IMG/VR virus record: IMGVR_UViG_3300014204_013734
Span: 64,001-128,000 of that record
Strand: one strand, 5' to 3'
Length of the DNA: 64,000 bases
Source of the DNA: a virus
Lineage: Duplodnaviria; Caudoviricetes
This document shows positions 43,701 to 53,388 of this stretch, piece by piece. Position 1 is the stretch's first letter, and each line of letters opens with the position of its first letter. Under the pieces are notes generated by a model, which searched no databases, had not been told where the DNA came from, and saw nothing but the letters and a program-made list of their open reading frames with translations. The position numbers and the translations under genes were made by a program.

Positions 43701-46700
43701 GTGGGGAAGAATTTGTAGTCCCGTGGGGAAAGCGTGGCAGGTGTTATTGTTCCATTGCCTGTACGAACGAAATGTTGGCGTCCCTTCCTGTCCGCAAAGA
43801 AGCGCAACGTGTTGTATTTGAAGACATGCAGCATCAGACGTTGCATGATCAGGTCATGATCCACAAGGATTTGATTCAAACGTTGGGGCGAAAGCCACTG
43901 AAGAAGGAATGGGAAGCGGCATGCAAAGTACGTGGCGTGCCTTGTCGGATACGATTTGGGGAAGCCGGCAAATCCGCTTCTAACCCGTGGGTAGTGAAGT
44001 CTTGGGCCGAGCTGGAATCCCGTTCGGCAACTTACAATCACCGTGTCAAGGAAGTTCGCAAGGTTGAAGGTGAAGAACCTGTGTACAACCTGACTGTGGA
44101 TGATTATCATACCGTGGCGGTGATTACCGAAAGCGAGAGGGGCGGTGTAGTTTCAGGTGTCTTCACTGCACAGTGCTTGGAACAGACTCTTTTTGATCGG
44201 GAATGCTGCTGCCTTGTTGAAACGTATCCGGCGCATCATGATACCTACGAAGACTTTCAGAAGACGTTGAAGCAGGCGTATCTTTACGCCAAAACCGTCA
44301 CGTTGGTTCCGACCCACGACCTTCGGGCGAACGCCGTCATGATGAAGAACCGCAGGATTGGTTGTTCCATGAGCGGGATTACGCAAGCCATTGCCAAATT
44401 TGGGCGCCGGGAATTTCTGAACTGGTGTGATAAGGGTTATGGTTACATCCAGGAACTTGATCGCACCTATTCCGATTGGTTAGGGATTCCCTTGTCAATC
44501 AAGACAACCAGTGTGAAACCGTCAGGTTGTCGTCCATGGTATGCCCTTACCTGTACCAACCGGGGTATTTTGACGTTGGAAGAACTGTTCAAGGATCATC
44601 CTGAAGGTAAGGATTGGGCCAATCTTGTTGACAAAACCGTAGCTGACGGGTCGGGGCAGATTATCAAAACATACGTCAACGGAACGGTTCCTGTCAACCG
44701 AATTACGTTGTCCTATCACTTGGTATTGGAATCTACGTTGAACCATAGGTGGAGAGTTATTGGGAAGGAATTGGCTAACCCACGCAAAATAGACGGTGTG
44801 TCTTCCCGTTTCTTGAAGTTTCCTACTCCTGAATGGGTAGAAACGAAGGATTTGCTTCCCGGACATGTTCTAGATGTTCTTCCTGGGGTGTACAAACATT
44901 CTGAAATGCAACGGACGCTTTCTCCTTTATCTTCTATTGCTCTCAAGATGAGAGGGGACGCCGACGAAATCCGGCAACCTGAAACTATGACACCGGATTT
45001 GGCGTGGATGTTGGGTTATATGTGGGGTGATGGGGCTATGTCGCCTAGTAAATGGCGGCTCCGGTGGACAGATGGCATCCGTGAAAATCTGGATAAGTTG
45101 GTCCGTCTCTTTCAGGATATCTTCGGAATATCTGCTTCAATCAATCCGATCAGCAGCGAAAATGCGTCAACGGTAGAAGTTGGCTCTAAAATGCTGTGGC
45201 ATTGGTTGATCAAGAACGGGGTTTTCAAGTATGATGCTGATCAGTTGGATTTGATCCCTGAAGTCGTTCGGGGTTCGGGTTGCGAATCCATTATCGCTTT
45301 CGTGGCTGGTTTGTTGGATGCAGACGGTTCGGCAGGTCTTTCAGGCAAATGGGGCAAGGCGGTTGTCACTACGGCTGACGAGCGGTTTGCTCGGCACCTG
45401 CAAGATGTTTGTTGGGCGGTTGGCCTGTGTTTTGGGAGAAGTCATCAAACACAAGGTTCCGGTTTCCAGAAGAAAAAGAGTATGTGGCATCTGACATCTT
45501 CGGCGGTGATGAATTCGGAAGCTTTTGATTTGCTGGTTCGCCATTCAGTTAAGGCTAGTATTTACGCTGCGTCTGAAGGTTTTCCTGGATGGCTTCATAA
45601 CCATGCGGTTAGATCCTTGCGTGTTGGAAAGGTGTTGTCCAACGAACCTGTCGGGGAAATGCCAACTTTTGACGTAGAAGTAGCGAAAGAACATTGGTAT
45701 TATGCTGGAGCAGTCCCGAGTCATAACACCGTCAGTCTGTTGTGTGGGGCCACTCCCGGTATTCACTATCCCCATTCCGAATACTACATTCGGCATGTAC
45801 GGGTCGCAAACACCAGCCCACTTGTTGAAGCTGCCCGGAAAGCAGGTTATGAAGTCTATGCCGATGTTTACGCCGGTGACACTTCGGTCGTTGCCTTTCC
45901 GGTAGCAGAAAAGAACTACCTCAAAGGTAAGGACCAAGTCACGGTTTGGGAACAGTTTGCTAATGCCGTCGACATGCAGCGGCATTGGGCCGATAACCAG
46001 GTATCCTGTTTGACGGGAGATACCCTTATCCGTACTAATTCCGGTTTTCGTAGGATGTCGGACATCCCTTCATTGTTGGGGTTACCTTCAGTTCCAGGCA
46101 CTTATCCATGCAATGTTCCCTTCCAAGTGTTGAACACCGACAACGGTTGGAGTTCCGTGTCAGCAATCCTTATCAACCCTGCAAAACCACTTGTGGAGAT
46201 AGAGATGGAAGGGTTGTTGACGGTGAAAGGAACCCCTGACCATCGTATGAGGGTTTTGGGGGAATCTCTTGAGTTGGAATGGCGAAATCTGTCGGATATC
46301 AAGAAGGGGGATTATTTGGTTGAATTTTTGAATTCCCCTTCTTGTCCTGACAGTAAGTCTTTGCTTGATTTTCGGTTGAAGAGTTTCTGTCATGTGGATC
46401 GGACTTCTTCTAATCGGGATTTGTTTGTTCCGGTTACTATGACGGAAGCTCTGGCGGAATTGTTGGGATATATGGTATCCGATGGTCATTTGGTTCGGGA
46501 CTGTGGTTCCTTCGGTTTGACGCAAAGGGCTAACAATGTTGTTCCGAAGTTCAAGGGTTTCATCAAGAATCTCTTTGGACTTGATCTTAAAGAAACCTTG
46601 GATGTTCGGGCTCCTTCGGGGGATCTGTTGATTGTGAATGGCTCTAGTGTCAAAATTCACCGCTGGTTTGAATGGGTAGGGCTTTATGACGCTGAGTTAC

Positions 46701-47638
46701 AGAAAAGGGTCCCTTGGCCTATTTCAATGTCCAGTGGAAAAATGTTGAAAGCGTTTCTTCGCGGGATCACTTTGGATGGGCATGTGAGCAAACGGAATGG
46801 ACGCATTATTGTGATGACTACCGAATCATTCCGTTTGGCGGAAGAGCTAGTAGATGTTTTGAGGTTGCTGGGATTCCAGGCATTGATCACGTCAAATCAG
46901 AAGGAAGGTAAAGTACGGGTTTTCAAGTCATTTGGAAAACCGTACATTACGTCTAATACGTGGTGTGTTTCGCTATCCCCCGAACAATCAAACAGGTTTT
47001 TCCGCATGGTTGGGTTTGCGGAAGACAGAAAGATGGAAACTTACCATAAGTTTGGGGATAAGAAGCGGAGAAGTCTTTTCGGTTGTGTTCCGGATAAAGG
47101 ACTTCGGCAAATGATGCGGGAACTTTCGCATCGGTGCAAGAGTTCTTTTATGAAGGACCATTTTCATAGCCATTCCTGTCATTTTGGAAAGGCTGTGTCT
47201 AGGCAGACGTTACTGCAAATGTCTGATATGGGTGTTCAGATTCCGAGTCATTTGATTGATCCTTCTTTCACATTCAGGGTCGTGAAAGAAGTTCAGTTTT
47301 GCAATCCGGAACCTACTTACGACATGACCGTTGACGACGGGCATAGTTATGTTGCAAATGGGTTTGGTGCACACAACTGTACTATCACTTTCCGTCCCGA
47401 AGAAGTGAATGACGCCAAGACATGCTTGGAAACGTTTGACGACCAGTTGAAGGGGGTTTCCCTTTTACCTATGATGGATACGGACCACGGTTACGCTTAT
47501 CCGCCCTATGTCGCGATCAGTCGGGAACAGTATGATGAAATGACCAAGAAACTCCGACCGATTGAATTGGGGGCTTCTATCCATGAAGTTACGGAAGTTT
47601 TCTGCACCAATGACACGTGTGAACTGAAAAAACTCTGA
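40712..47638 (+). CDS. nrdJ: class II (B12-dependent) ribonucleotide reductase with four inteins; about 690-aa mature protein
   Basis: YKRTYAR, PPGRGLW, MNC, VVSGGIRRTAE, ANPCLEQ, RRIGCS, TSVKPSGTVS, C-terminal FCTNDTC. Confidence 0.93.
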   Translation: MIFSQSADDRKVRQFSLSPTFIEQFRGKQPEWGFGGLGYFTYKRTYARALPEGGTEEFWQTVQRVVEGCFNIQKIHCRQMGLPWKEDKAQNSAQDMFHRIWDFKFTPPGRGLWTMGTDLVYERGAASLMNCFAGETEIITADGTKPIGSLVGTVQNLLTRGGEWVDAPIRSFGVQKLWRLVLTRQGVKKTLFVTGDHRWFCRDRRNANRNRGFLEFRTSELRPGVHHLQYIFGQGVKRVKPSPFGVAHGFTFGDGTCQRNRNAGAVYMFGEKDAALKPYFSLCPPHEIKNGAGFGALPNFFKDRPSLRETKAYLLGWLMGYFAADGSVEKAGQTVLSSADRGNIEFIRDVCVALGIGIYSIGKNSCISNLTGKPHVMYRLALMRNTLPEDFFLIDEHRNNFLKNGGGDVLQRKWTVLSVEETDREEEVFCAVVEGKGAFALDGNILTGNCSFISSENLADDFSSPFCFLMDMSMLGVGVGGDTRGAGKVKLCPPKITDQPFVVEDSREGWVNLLRMVLNSFVGKASFPTVIDYSGVRGRGVPIKTFGGVASGPKPLHVMVESITRLLLPKGMTVSFHVEQDETAGKIFKVGVVMEGSGEPYKITSSIIVDIFNMIGKCVVSGGIRRTAEILFGEPDDQEFIALKQDQEALNSHRWASNNSIFAKVGMDYSSVMDSVAVNGEPGLCWLDNMRRYGRMMDPPNDKDRKAMGANPCFSGDTLIAVADGRGSVPIRTLAENGNDIPVYAVDRKTGKVDIKWGRNPHRTRESSPLVEVLFEDGGSLRVTPDHGMLLLDGTKVHAEDLKPGDSLPRFMKRKEKISKANLSDYWQVCTDTRDAKSKAMEHRLVARFNDPEAWDRLYNQQKTNGWIKGGVVVHHEDFNSLNNAPENLSIMTFRNHRALHARSLVGNKNPMWGKVHSEEACRKIGDKTLERCSDPVFLAKLSASHTEVEREALSNRLSEQQQQNLLEYWKDQASKTDLDTVWVEGRLHAVKKCETCGEEFVVPWGKRGRCYCSIACTNEMLASLPVRKEAQRVVFEDMQHQTLHDQVMIHKDLIQTLGRKPLKKEWEAACKVRGVPCRIRFGEAGKSASNPWVVKSWAELESRSATYNHRVKEVRKVEGEEPVYNLTVDDYHTVAVITESERGGVVSGVFTAQCLEQTLFDRECCCLVETYPAHHDTYEDFQKTLKQAYLYAKTVTLVPTHDLRANAVMMKNRRIGCSMSGITQAIAKFGRREFLNWCDKGYGYIQELDRTYSDWLGIPLSIKTTSVKPSGCRPWYALTCTNRGILTLEELFKDHPEGKDWANLVDKTVADGSGQIIKTYVNGTVPVNRITLSYHLVLESTLNHRWRVIGKELANPRKIDGVSSRFLKFPTPEWVETKDLLPGHVLDVLPGVYKHSEMQRTLSPLSSIALKMRGDADEIRQPETMTPDLAWMLGYMWGDGAMSPSKWRLRWTDGIRENLDKLVRLFQDIFGISASINPISSENASTVEVGSKMLWHWLIKNGVFKYDADQLDLIPEVVRGSGCESIIAFVAGLLDADGSAGLSGKWGKAVVTTADERFARHLQDVCWAVGLCFGRSHQTQGSGFQKKKSMWHLTSSAVMNSEAFDLLVRHSVKASIYAASEGFPGWLHNHAVRSLRVGKVLSNEPVGEMPTFDVEVAKEHWYYAGAVPSHNTVSLLCGATPGIHYPHSEYYIRHVRVANTSPLVEAARKAGYEVYADVYAGDTSVVAFPVAEKNYLKGKDQVTVWEQFANAVDMQRHWADNQVSCLTGDTLIRTNSGFRRMSDIPSLLGLPSVPGTYPCNVPFQVLNTDNGWSSVSAILINPAKPLVEIEMEGLLTVKGTPDHRMRVLGESLELEWRNLSDIKKGDYLVEFLNSPSCPDSKSLLDFRLKSFCHVDRTSSNRDLFVPVTMTEALAELLGYMVSDGHLVRDCGSFGLTQRANNVVPKFKGFIKNLFGLDLKETLDVRAPSGDLLIVNGSSVKIHRWFEWVGLYDAELQKRVPWPISMSSGKMLKAFLRGITLDGHVSKRNGRIIVMTTESFRLAEELVDVLRLLGFQALITSNQKEGKVRVFKSFGKPYITSNTWCVSLSPEQSNRFFRMVGFAEDRKMETYHKFGDKKRRSLFGCVPDKGLRQMMRELSHRCKSSFMKDHFHSHSCHFGKAVSRQTLLQMSDMGVQIPSHLIDPSFTFRVVKEVQFCNPEPTYDMTVDDGHSYVANGFGAHNCTITFRPEEVNDAKTCLETFDDQLKGVSLLPMMDTDHGYAYPPYVAISREQYDEMTKKLRPIELGASIHEVTEVFCTNDTCELKKL
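41102..42058 (+). mobile_element. NrdJ intein 1 (319 aa, LAGLIDADG)
   Basis: CFAGETEI...TGDHRW...GFTFGDG...GYFAADG...ILTGN/C. Confidence 0.9.
42848..44173 (+). mobile_element. NrdJ intein 2 (442 aa, HNH; C-terminal Gln)
   Basis: NP/CFSGDTLI...TPDH...VVHHEDFNSLNNAPENL...VYNLTVDDYH...VFTAQ/CLEQ. Confidence 0.9.
44528..45727 (+). mobile_element. NrdJ intein 3 (400 aa, LAGLIDADG)
   Basis: KPSG/CRPWYAL...TLNH...LGYMWGDG...AGLLDADG...PSHN/TVS. Confidence 0.9.
46007..47377 (+). mobile_element. NrdJ intein 4 (457 aa, LAGLIDADG)
   Basis: NQVS/CLTGDTLI...TPDH...LGYMVSDG...RGITLDG...GAHN/CTITF. Confidence 0.9.
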
Positions 47639-47680
47639 TTATTTTGATTCCGGGTTCCATGTTTTCGGGTAAGTGACGAC

Positions 47681-48211
47681 ATGGAACCTGGAATTAAAAC
47701 GGAAATCTTGACAGGGATTTTTTGGAAGCGGGACGGGAAGTCCTTGTTTGTGTCCCCCGAAGAGGACGGCAGAGACCCCGTAGAAGTTTCCGTCGTTCTT
47801 GAACCCTTCTTGGATTCCAAAATTCAGATTGCCCTTCACCACTGGCCGAGTGCCCCGCAACTTGGTTTGTGGGGCGGGGGTTGTTGTTTGTGGCAGTCCC
47901 ACGGTAAATGTCCGGCCGGTCATCACGACAATCCTGCTTTTCTATTGAATGTTGGTGGGAAAGGTTTCCTTCGCCGAGCTGGTGATTCCTGGTGGGTAGA
48001 GCTAGAAGGCGGAACTGTTGAACCGCTTCCTTTGGAATTGATGGATGGACACAGGGGTCGGTTGACCGTTGTCACGTTGGTTGACATGGAAGAATTTCAC
48101 AAGGGATTTTCATCCGAGGATGCCCTCACACAGACTGCAATCTTAGGGTCGCAATTACAGGATATCAAAGCATTGTTGGATCGTTTCAAAGTGTCTTTGA
48201 AGGAGGGCTGA
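47681..48211 (+). CDS. hypothetical protein
   Basis: 176-aa ORF with a CC..C..HH cluster. Confidence 0.7.
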   Translation: MEPGIKTEILTGIFWKRDGKSLFVSPEEDGRDPVEVSVVLEPFLDSKIQIALHHWPSAPQLGLWGGGCCLWQSHGKCPAGHHDNPAFLLNVGGKGFLRRAGDSWWVELEGGTVEPLPLELMDGHRGRLTVVTLVDMEEFHKGFSSEDALTQTAILGSQLQDIKALLDRFKVSLKEG

Positions 48212-50533
48212 GTGTATTTTTCTGGCCGTGTCCATTCTATTACGTTTGAAGATCCTTCGCAGGGTTTTTACATCCTTCGTATGGTTCTTGACAACGGGGC
48301 AGGTTTGGCGGTAGTTCGGGGTTATGTTTCCGGTTTGGGAATACAAATCGGGACTTGGTTTGGATTTGATGCTGATTGGGTCACCCACAAGGAATATGGC
48401 AGGCAGTTGGCTATCAAAAAGGCTCCTATTTTTAAGGGTCTTTGGGATGCAGACACGGTAGTTCAGATCCTTTCCAGCAATGGGGTTGGCGGGTTGGTTT
48501 TGGATCAGCTTCGTAAAGGGGCTGACGGTGATGACGCGTTCGTCAAAATGCTTGATGACGTCCAATCCATGGGGAAGATACTTAATGATGTTTCCATTGC
48601 TCAGCATGTTGCTGAACAGTGGCGGTTTGTAAGGGTTTATTTTCAATCCATCATGTTTCTCGGGGATTTGGGGCTTCCTGCCGGGCGTATCCGGCAGGTT
48701 TGGGCTATGTTCGGGGATGAAGCACAGCAGGTATTAAGTGTCAATCCTTGGGCATTGGTCCGGGTAGAAGGTATCACATTTGAACAGGCGGACGAAATTG
48801 CTTCCAGATTAGGTTTAGACCCTAGTAATCCTGAGAGGATTAAAGGGGCTGTCTTTTATGCTTGTCGGAACAGTTTGAATTTCGGTCATCTTTTCCTTAC
48901 TGCAACCCAGGTGCAGGCTGATGTTATTTCCCGTATTCCGGATGTGGATTCGCAAGCAATAGCTGTTGCGTTGTCTGAACTCCACAAAGCAGGTTTGTTG
49001 GTAGTAGACCGTTCTACTAGGCCTGGGATGACCGCAGTCTACGACCCCAAGGCATTGGATATTGAAAAAGGGGCATCCAATCTGTTGGGGGTGCGTGTAA
49101 TTAAGGCAGCTTTTGTTAAGAAAACCGGCATTGATCCGGTACCTTATATCAAGGCGTTGGCATCGGTTGGGCCAGCAACTGCTTTGGAAGCGGGAAGGAA
49201 ACGCCCAAATCTTCGGAAAGTTGTAGAAGCCGCCGTTCGGGATTGGGCTAGTTCTGAAAAGTTGGAATTGGAACCGGATCAGAAGGTAGGTGTCGTTAAT
49301 GCCCTTTTAGAACCCGTATCTATTTTGACAGGGTTGCCCGGTACGGGGAAGACTTTGTCAATGCGGGCTGTTGTTCGGATTCTTCAGGAGGCCGGGATCC
49401 CATTTCTCCTTTGTGCTCCTACGGGTATTGCCGCTAAGAACATTGCTTCTGTGACTGGCGCAAACGCTTACACTATCCACAGGGCATTTGCTGCCCGTGG
49501 TTCTTCGGACAACCATCGAGAATCTACTTATGCCGGTATTGTTGGTGAATCCGAATCTGGAGTTGGGGGATTTGATGAATCTGGATCGTGGGGGTACGGA
49601 GATGGAAATACACATCCTGCTCAGGTAGTCGTTATTGACGAATGTTCAATGTTAGATGGTCACTTGATTTGGAGAATGTTGACTTGTACATCTGAACATT
49701 GCCGTGTCGTCTTTGTTGGTGATGCTGCACAGCTTCCTTCTGTGGGTCCTGGTAACGTTCTCCGGGATTTGATTGCGTCAGGAAGATTTCCGACGGTTAA
49801 CCTTCAGAAGATTTTTCGTCAGAAAGATACTAGTGCTATTATTTATGCAGCACACGCCATTTTCCGTGGTGCTATTCCTGATTGTGAACCCCCATCTGAT
49901 TTTTCCTTGGTTCAGATGCCTAATGAGGAAGGTGTTTTGAATCTCATCCTCCAACTTTCCAAAAAACTGTATGATTCCAGACATAATTTTCAGATATTGT
50001 CACCAAGGCACCAGGGTGTAGTTGGTGTCACTAACCTGAACATTCGGTTGCGTGAATTGTTGAATCCTTGCAAACCAGGGCTTCAGGAAATACGCTTTGG
50101 CGAGGAAACGGTTCGGGAAGATGATCGCATTATGGTCGTAAAGAACGACTACAAGTTGGGGGTATATAACGGAGATGTAGGTAAGATTTCAAAGATCAAC
50201 CGACGGTTGAAGGAAGTAGAATTGAAGATTTTCGGGCCTTCCCCTCTTTACATAAGGGTTCCCTTCAAGGATGTAGGAAAATTGGTTAGATTGTCGTATG
50301 CTTGTACTATTCACAAATGCCAGGGCCTTAGCTATGACATCATTGCTATGCCTTTGGTGGAAGGTTTCCGGCAGCAGCTTCAACGCAACCTGCTTTATAC
50401 GGCTGTGACACGGGCGAGGAAAAAAGTGATTTTGGTTGGGACTATGGGTGCATTGGCGACTGCCGTAGCTAATGATAGGGAGGATCTCCGTAACACGCTT
50501 TTCCGAGACAGACTTGTGAAGGATTTCGGGTAA
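48212..50533 (+). CDS. recD2: RecD2-like SF1B helicase
   Basis: NPWAL...GITFEQAD, GLPGTGKT, APTGIAA, IDECSM, VGDAAQLPSVGPG, IFRQ, YACTIHKCQG, LLYTAVTRA. Confidence 0.93.
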   Translation: MYFSGRVHSITFEDPSQGFYILRMVLDNGAGLAVVRGYVSGLGIQIGTWFGFDADWVTHKEYGRQLAIKKAPIFKGLWDADTVVQILSSNGVGGLVLDQLRKGADGDDAFVKMLDDVQSMGKILNDVSIAQHVAEQWRFVRVYFQSIMFLGDLGLPAGRIRQVWAMFGDEAQQVLSVNPWALVRVEGITFEQADEIASRLGLDPSNPERIKGAVFYACRNSLNFGHLFLTATQVQADVISRIPDVDSQAIAVALSELHKAGLLVVDRSTRPGMTAVYDPKALDIEKGASNLLGVRVIKAAFVKKTGIDPVPYIKALASVGPATALEAGRKRPNLRKVVEAAVRDWASSEKLELEPDQKVGVVNALLEPVSILTGLPGTGKTLSMRAVVRILQEAGIPFLLCAPTGIAAKNIASVTGANAYTIHRAFAARGSSDNHRESTYAGIVGESESGVGGFDESGSWGYGDGNTHPAQVVVIDECSMLDGHLIWRMLTCTSEHCRVVFVGDAAQLPSVGPGNVLRDLIASGRFPTVNLQKIFRQKDTSAIIYAAHAIFRGAIPDCEPPSDFSLVQMPNEEGVLNLILQLSKKLYDSRHNFQILSPRHQGVVGVTNLNIRLRELLNPCKPGLQEIRFGEETVREDDRIMVVKNDYKLGVYNGDVGKISKINRRLKEVELKIFGPSPLYIRVPFKDVGKLVRLSYACTIHKCQGLSYDIIAMPLVEGFRQQLQRNLLYTAVTRARKKVILVGTMGALATAVANDREDLRNTLFRDRLVKDFG

Positions 50534-50574
50534 AGGAAAGTGTGTTGTTTCTAACCGCTAAGGAGGCTGGAAAG

Positions 50575-50988
50575 ATGGATGAAAGCAAGAAGGAAAAGTT
50601 GACACGTGCAGTACAGAACGTGAAGGATCACCTTCGTATCACGAAGGTGGTTTGTACCAGAACCGTTAAAGGCCCCAGAGGGGATCACTATGTTGGTTTT
50701 GCAGGGGCGTGGGATTCCATTCAAGATGATGCCGGAGGGGCTTCTGAACTGATTGGCATCTTGGATGCAGAGGGTAAGGCAACGGGTTGTCATCAGCAAG
50801 GTATGACCTTGAAGGAAGCAAAATTAGCATCTTTGATTCTTGGTCTTCAGGCTGATATTGCTGCTCACGACAATGCAGTTGCTGGGGGGAATCTTTCCAT
50901 TCCAAACCACGAAGAAGCAGTTAAAACCATTCGTCACAACTATTCCCGGTTATTGGCGGATTTGCTTGGTGAAGATGGGGATGTCTAA
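50575..50988 (+). CDS. hypothetical protein
   Basis: RBS AAGGAGG. Confidence 0.7.
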   Translation: MDESKKEKLTRAVQNVKDHLRITKVVCTRTVKGPRGDHYVGFAGAWDSIQDDAGGASELIGILDAEGKATGCHQQGMTLKEAKLASLILGLQADIAAHDNAVAGGNLSIPNHEEAVKTIRHNYSRLLADLLGEDGDV

Positions 50989-51863
50989 TGTTGGACCAGA
51001 ACCCGCCAACTTCGTCAGATAAGTTTTTCAGTCAGGCGGATGCAGATCGCATCTTTAATGAATTGAAAGACCTTCAGGTGGATCTTGACGATGATCCCCT
51101 GGCTTTTGGACCGAAGCGGTTGAACAACAAGGTGTCGGAAGTTCGTCGGATGCTGGCTAGGTGCGAACGAATTTTTTTAGACATGTCCCAAAAATTCCAT
51201 TTTTGCCGGCGACAGCTCAAGATCGCAACGTTGAACTTGGAACTTTCCAAGAAACACCTTCTAGCGAATGATCCGGACGTGCGTGCTGGTCGCAGTGTTG
51301 CTGACCGGGATGCTATTGCAGCAGGAAAACTGGCTTCTGAAATACACATTGTCCATGAATTGGAGATGTCTGAACAGGATTTAGGTTCTGTCCTACAAGT
51401 AGTCAAGGCAAAAAGGACGGACCTTAAGGATGCTGAAGGGCGTCTTAGGGATCAGATCCGAATTTGCCAAGAGGAAATTGGGCTTGGTGCCAGATGGGGT
51501 TCCCGCGCTTCCAAAGCATCGGACATTGATTTGACACCAGGAATTGCTACACCGGCTGATTTGTCCAGTATGAATGACTTACTTGTTGGTGTAGATGGGG
51601 AAATACACCTGTCTGAAATCAAAGAGGAAGAGAGGGAAAAAAAGGCCCTTTCCGAATCCTTGACAGAAGAGGTGGATTTGGAAAATGTATTGCCTTCTAC
51701 TACCACAGCGGCAGATACAGATTCCTTTCTGGAATTGAATATTTCAGAAACACCAGTTCTGCGGAAATCCCGAAAGGACGTTCCTGTCCTAGACGACTCT
51801 GTTTTGGATGATTTGTTGAAGGTGTTTGAGAACCCTGCTTTGGGGGTAGATAAAGTGTCGTGA
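50988..51863 (+). CDS. coiled-coil protein (recombination-mediator-like), acidic tail
   Basis: Helical heptads; location between recD2 and the putative SSB. Confidence 0.6.
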   Translation: MLDQNPPTSSDKFFSQADADRIFNELKDLQVDLDDDPLAFGPKRLNNKVSEVRRMLARCERIFLDMSQKFHFCRRQLKIATLNLELSKKHLLANDPDVRAGRSVADRDAIAAGKLASEIHIVHELEMSEQDLGSVLQVVKAKRTDLKDAEGRLRDQIRICQEEIGLGARWGSRASKASDIDLTPGIATPADLSSMNDLLVGVDGEIHLSEIKEEEREKKALSESLTEEVDLENVLPSTTTAADTDSFLELNISETPVLRKSRKDVPVLDDSVLDDLLKVFENPALGVDKVS

Positions 51864-51929
51864 CGAGGACCTGTCCAAAAGATGACCTGTCCCGTCTTTT
51901 TCAACCAAAGGAAGGAAAAGGAGAAGAAG

Positions 51930-52664
51930 ATGTCAGTGAACAAAGGATTCAAGGAATTTGCGTTTGATGCAGGCGATGAACACGTTGGCAACAAGTCCAT
52001 GCGTTGGAAGGGAACGGCAGGAAATACCTACCGGTTTTCTTTCATTTCTTGGCCAGGGCTGGAAAAAGGCACCCCTGATTTTGAAGCCCCAAGTCCCAAA
52101 TTCCTCGGGGCAAGCACGAACTACATTCAGGGGGCCGGATTCGTGGTCAACAACGGTCCTGAATTCACGAAGCTGGCTGGTGACCGTCCTCGCAGCCGTA
52201 TTGGTACGGTCATTGTTGAGTGGCCTATGGACAAACGGGGTAACATCGACAATGCCCGAATCATTTCCGGCGACATTGATGTTTTGGTCTGGGTGTTTTC
52301 AGGGGACAAATACAAAACCCTGAAAATGCTCAGCAAGGAATTTCCCTTCGGGACTCACGACATCAAGGTGGAGGTGACGGACACCAACTACCAGAAGATG
52401 ACAATTACCCCCTGTCAGGAAAGCTTGCTGCGCAAGCTCATGGAAAACCCGAAGGGAAAGGAAGTTGTCGCGGGACTTCTGGCTAAAGCCCAAGACTTGG
52501 CGTCTAATCTCTCCAACGAGATTGGTGTTGAGATGACGATTGAACAGGTTCGCGCCAAGATGTCGGGTCTTCCTGCGTCAGGCAATCGGGCGGCGGTAGG
52601 CACCCCCGACGCAGCTACGACTGGGGATGTAGACGGTTTGCTTGACAACCTGTTGGGCGGATAA
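51930..52664 (+). CDS. putative single-stranded DNA-binding protein (gp32-like)
   Basis: Beta-rich core (WVFSGDKY, HDIKV, YQKM) and C-terminal DVDGLLDNLL tail; replication context. Confidence 0.55.
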   Translation: MSVNKGFKEFAFDAGDEHVGNKSMRWKGTAGNTYRFSFISWPGLEKGTPDFEAPSPKFLGASTNYIQGAGFVVNNGPEFTKLAGDRPRSRIGTVIVEWPMDKRGNIDNARIISGDIDVLVWVFSGDKYKTLKMLSKEFPFGTHDIKVEVTDTNYQKMTITPCQESLLRKLMENPKGKEVVAGLLAKAQDLASNLSNEIGVEMTIEQVRAKMSGLPASGNRAAVGTPDAATTGDVDGLLDNLLGG

Positions 52665-52668
52665 CCGC

Positions 52669-53355
52669 ATGGTTTTGCTGGGGCTCGATCCGTCCCTCAC
52701 GAATTTCGGCTGGGCCTTACACGATACTGACGGTGTAGGGCCTAGCCGTTGTTTGAAGAGGGGGCGGTTTCACACTTCGTCCAAGACGTTGTTCGTTGAC
52801 CGTTATTGTGACATGCGGTCAAAAGTGGTTTCTCTCGTTGAAGATTGCGGGGTGCAGCGTCTTGGCATCGAATACCCGATCTTCAATGATCTCTGGTCCG
52901 AAGGCATGTATGGGTTGTTCCTTTTCACATGCGAAGCTTTACGATCAATGAAGGTTGATGTTGTGTTCTTTTCCCCGGGGCAAGGCAAGGCGCAAGCCAG
53001 GGATTTGTTGGTTGAAGTCGTTGACCCTGATACGGGTTCAACTACCTTCCAGCCACTGCGGCCGAAAAAGTGGAAGATGGAAAAGCCAGACATGGTAGAA
53101 GCGGCCCGTTTTGATACTGGCGGCAAGGGGAAGTGGGATCACAATGAAGCGGATGCTTATTGGATAGCCAGGACTGCAGGTCGGTTCTGGTTATTCCATG
53201 ATGGCGTTTTGAAACTAGACGATTTGACGGTTCTTGAACGCAAGCAATTCGCTGAGATCAGGACCGTCAAGCGTGGGTTGCGGGCCGGTCAGGTTGAGAT
53301 GAAGGGTATTTCATACCGGGAAAACGAACGGTTTTTTCTGTGGTCCAAAGAATAA
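52669..53355 (+). CDS. RuvC-like Holliday junction resolvase
   Basis: LLGLDPSLTNFGW, IEYP, K, HNEADAY. Confidence 0.8.
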   Translation: MVLLGLDPSLTNFGWALHDTDGVGPSRCLKRGRFHTSSKTLFVDRYCDMRSKVVSLVEDCGVQRLGIEYPIFNDLWSEGMYGLFLFTCEALRSMKVDVVFFSPGQGKAQARDLLVEVVDPDTGSTTFQPLRPKKWKMEKPDMVEAARFDTGGKGKWDHNEADAYWIARTAGRFWLFHDGVLKLDDLTVLERKQFAEIRTVKRGLRAGQVEMKGISYRENERFFLWSKE

Positions 53356-53388
53356 CCGTTTCACAAGAAAAAGCACAAGGAAAAACAC

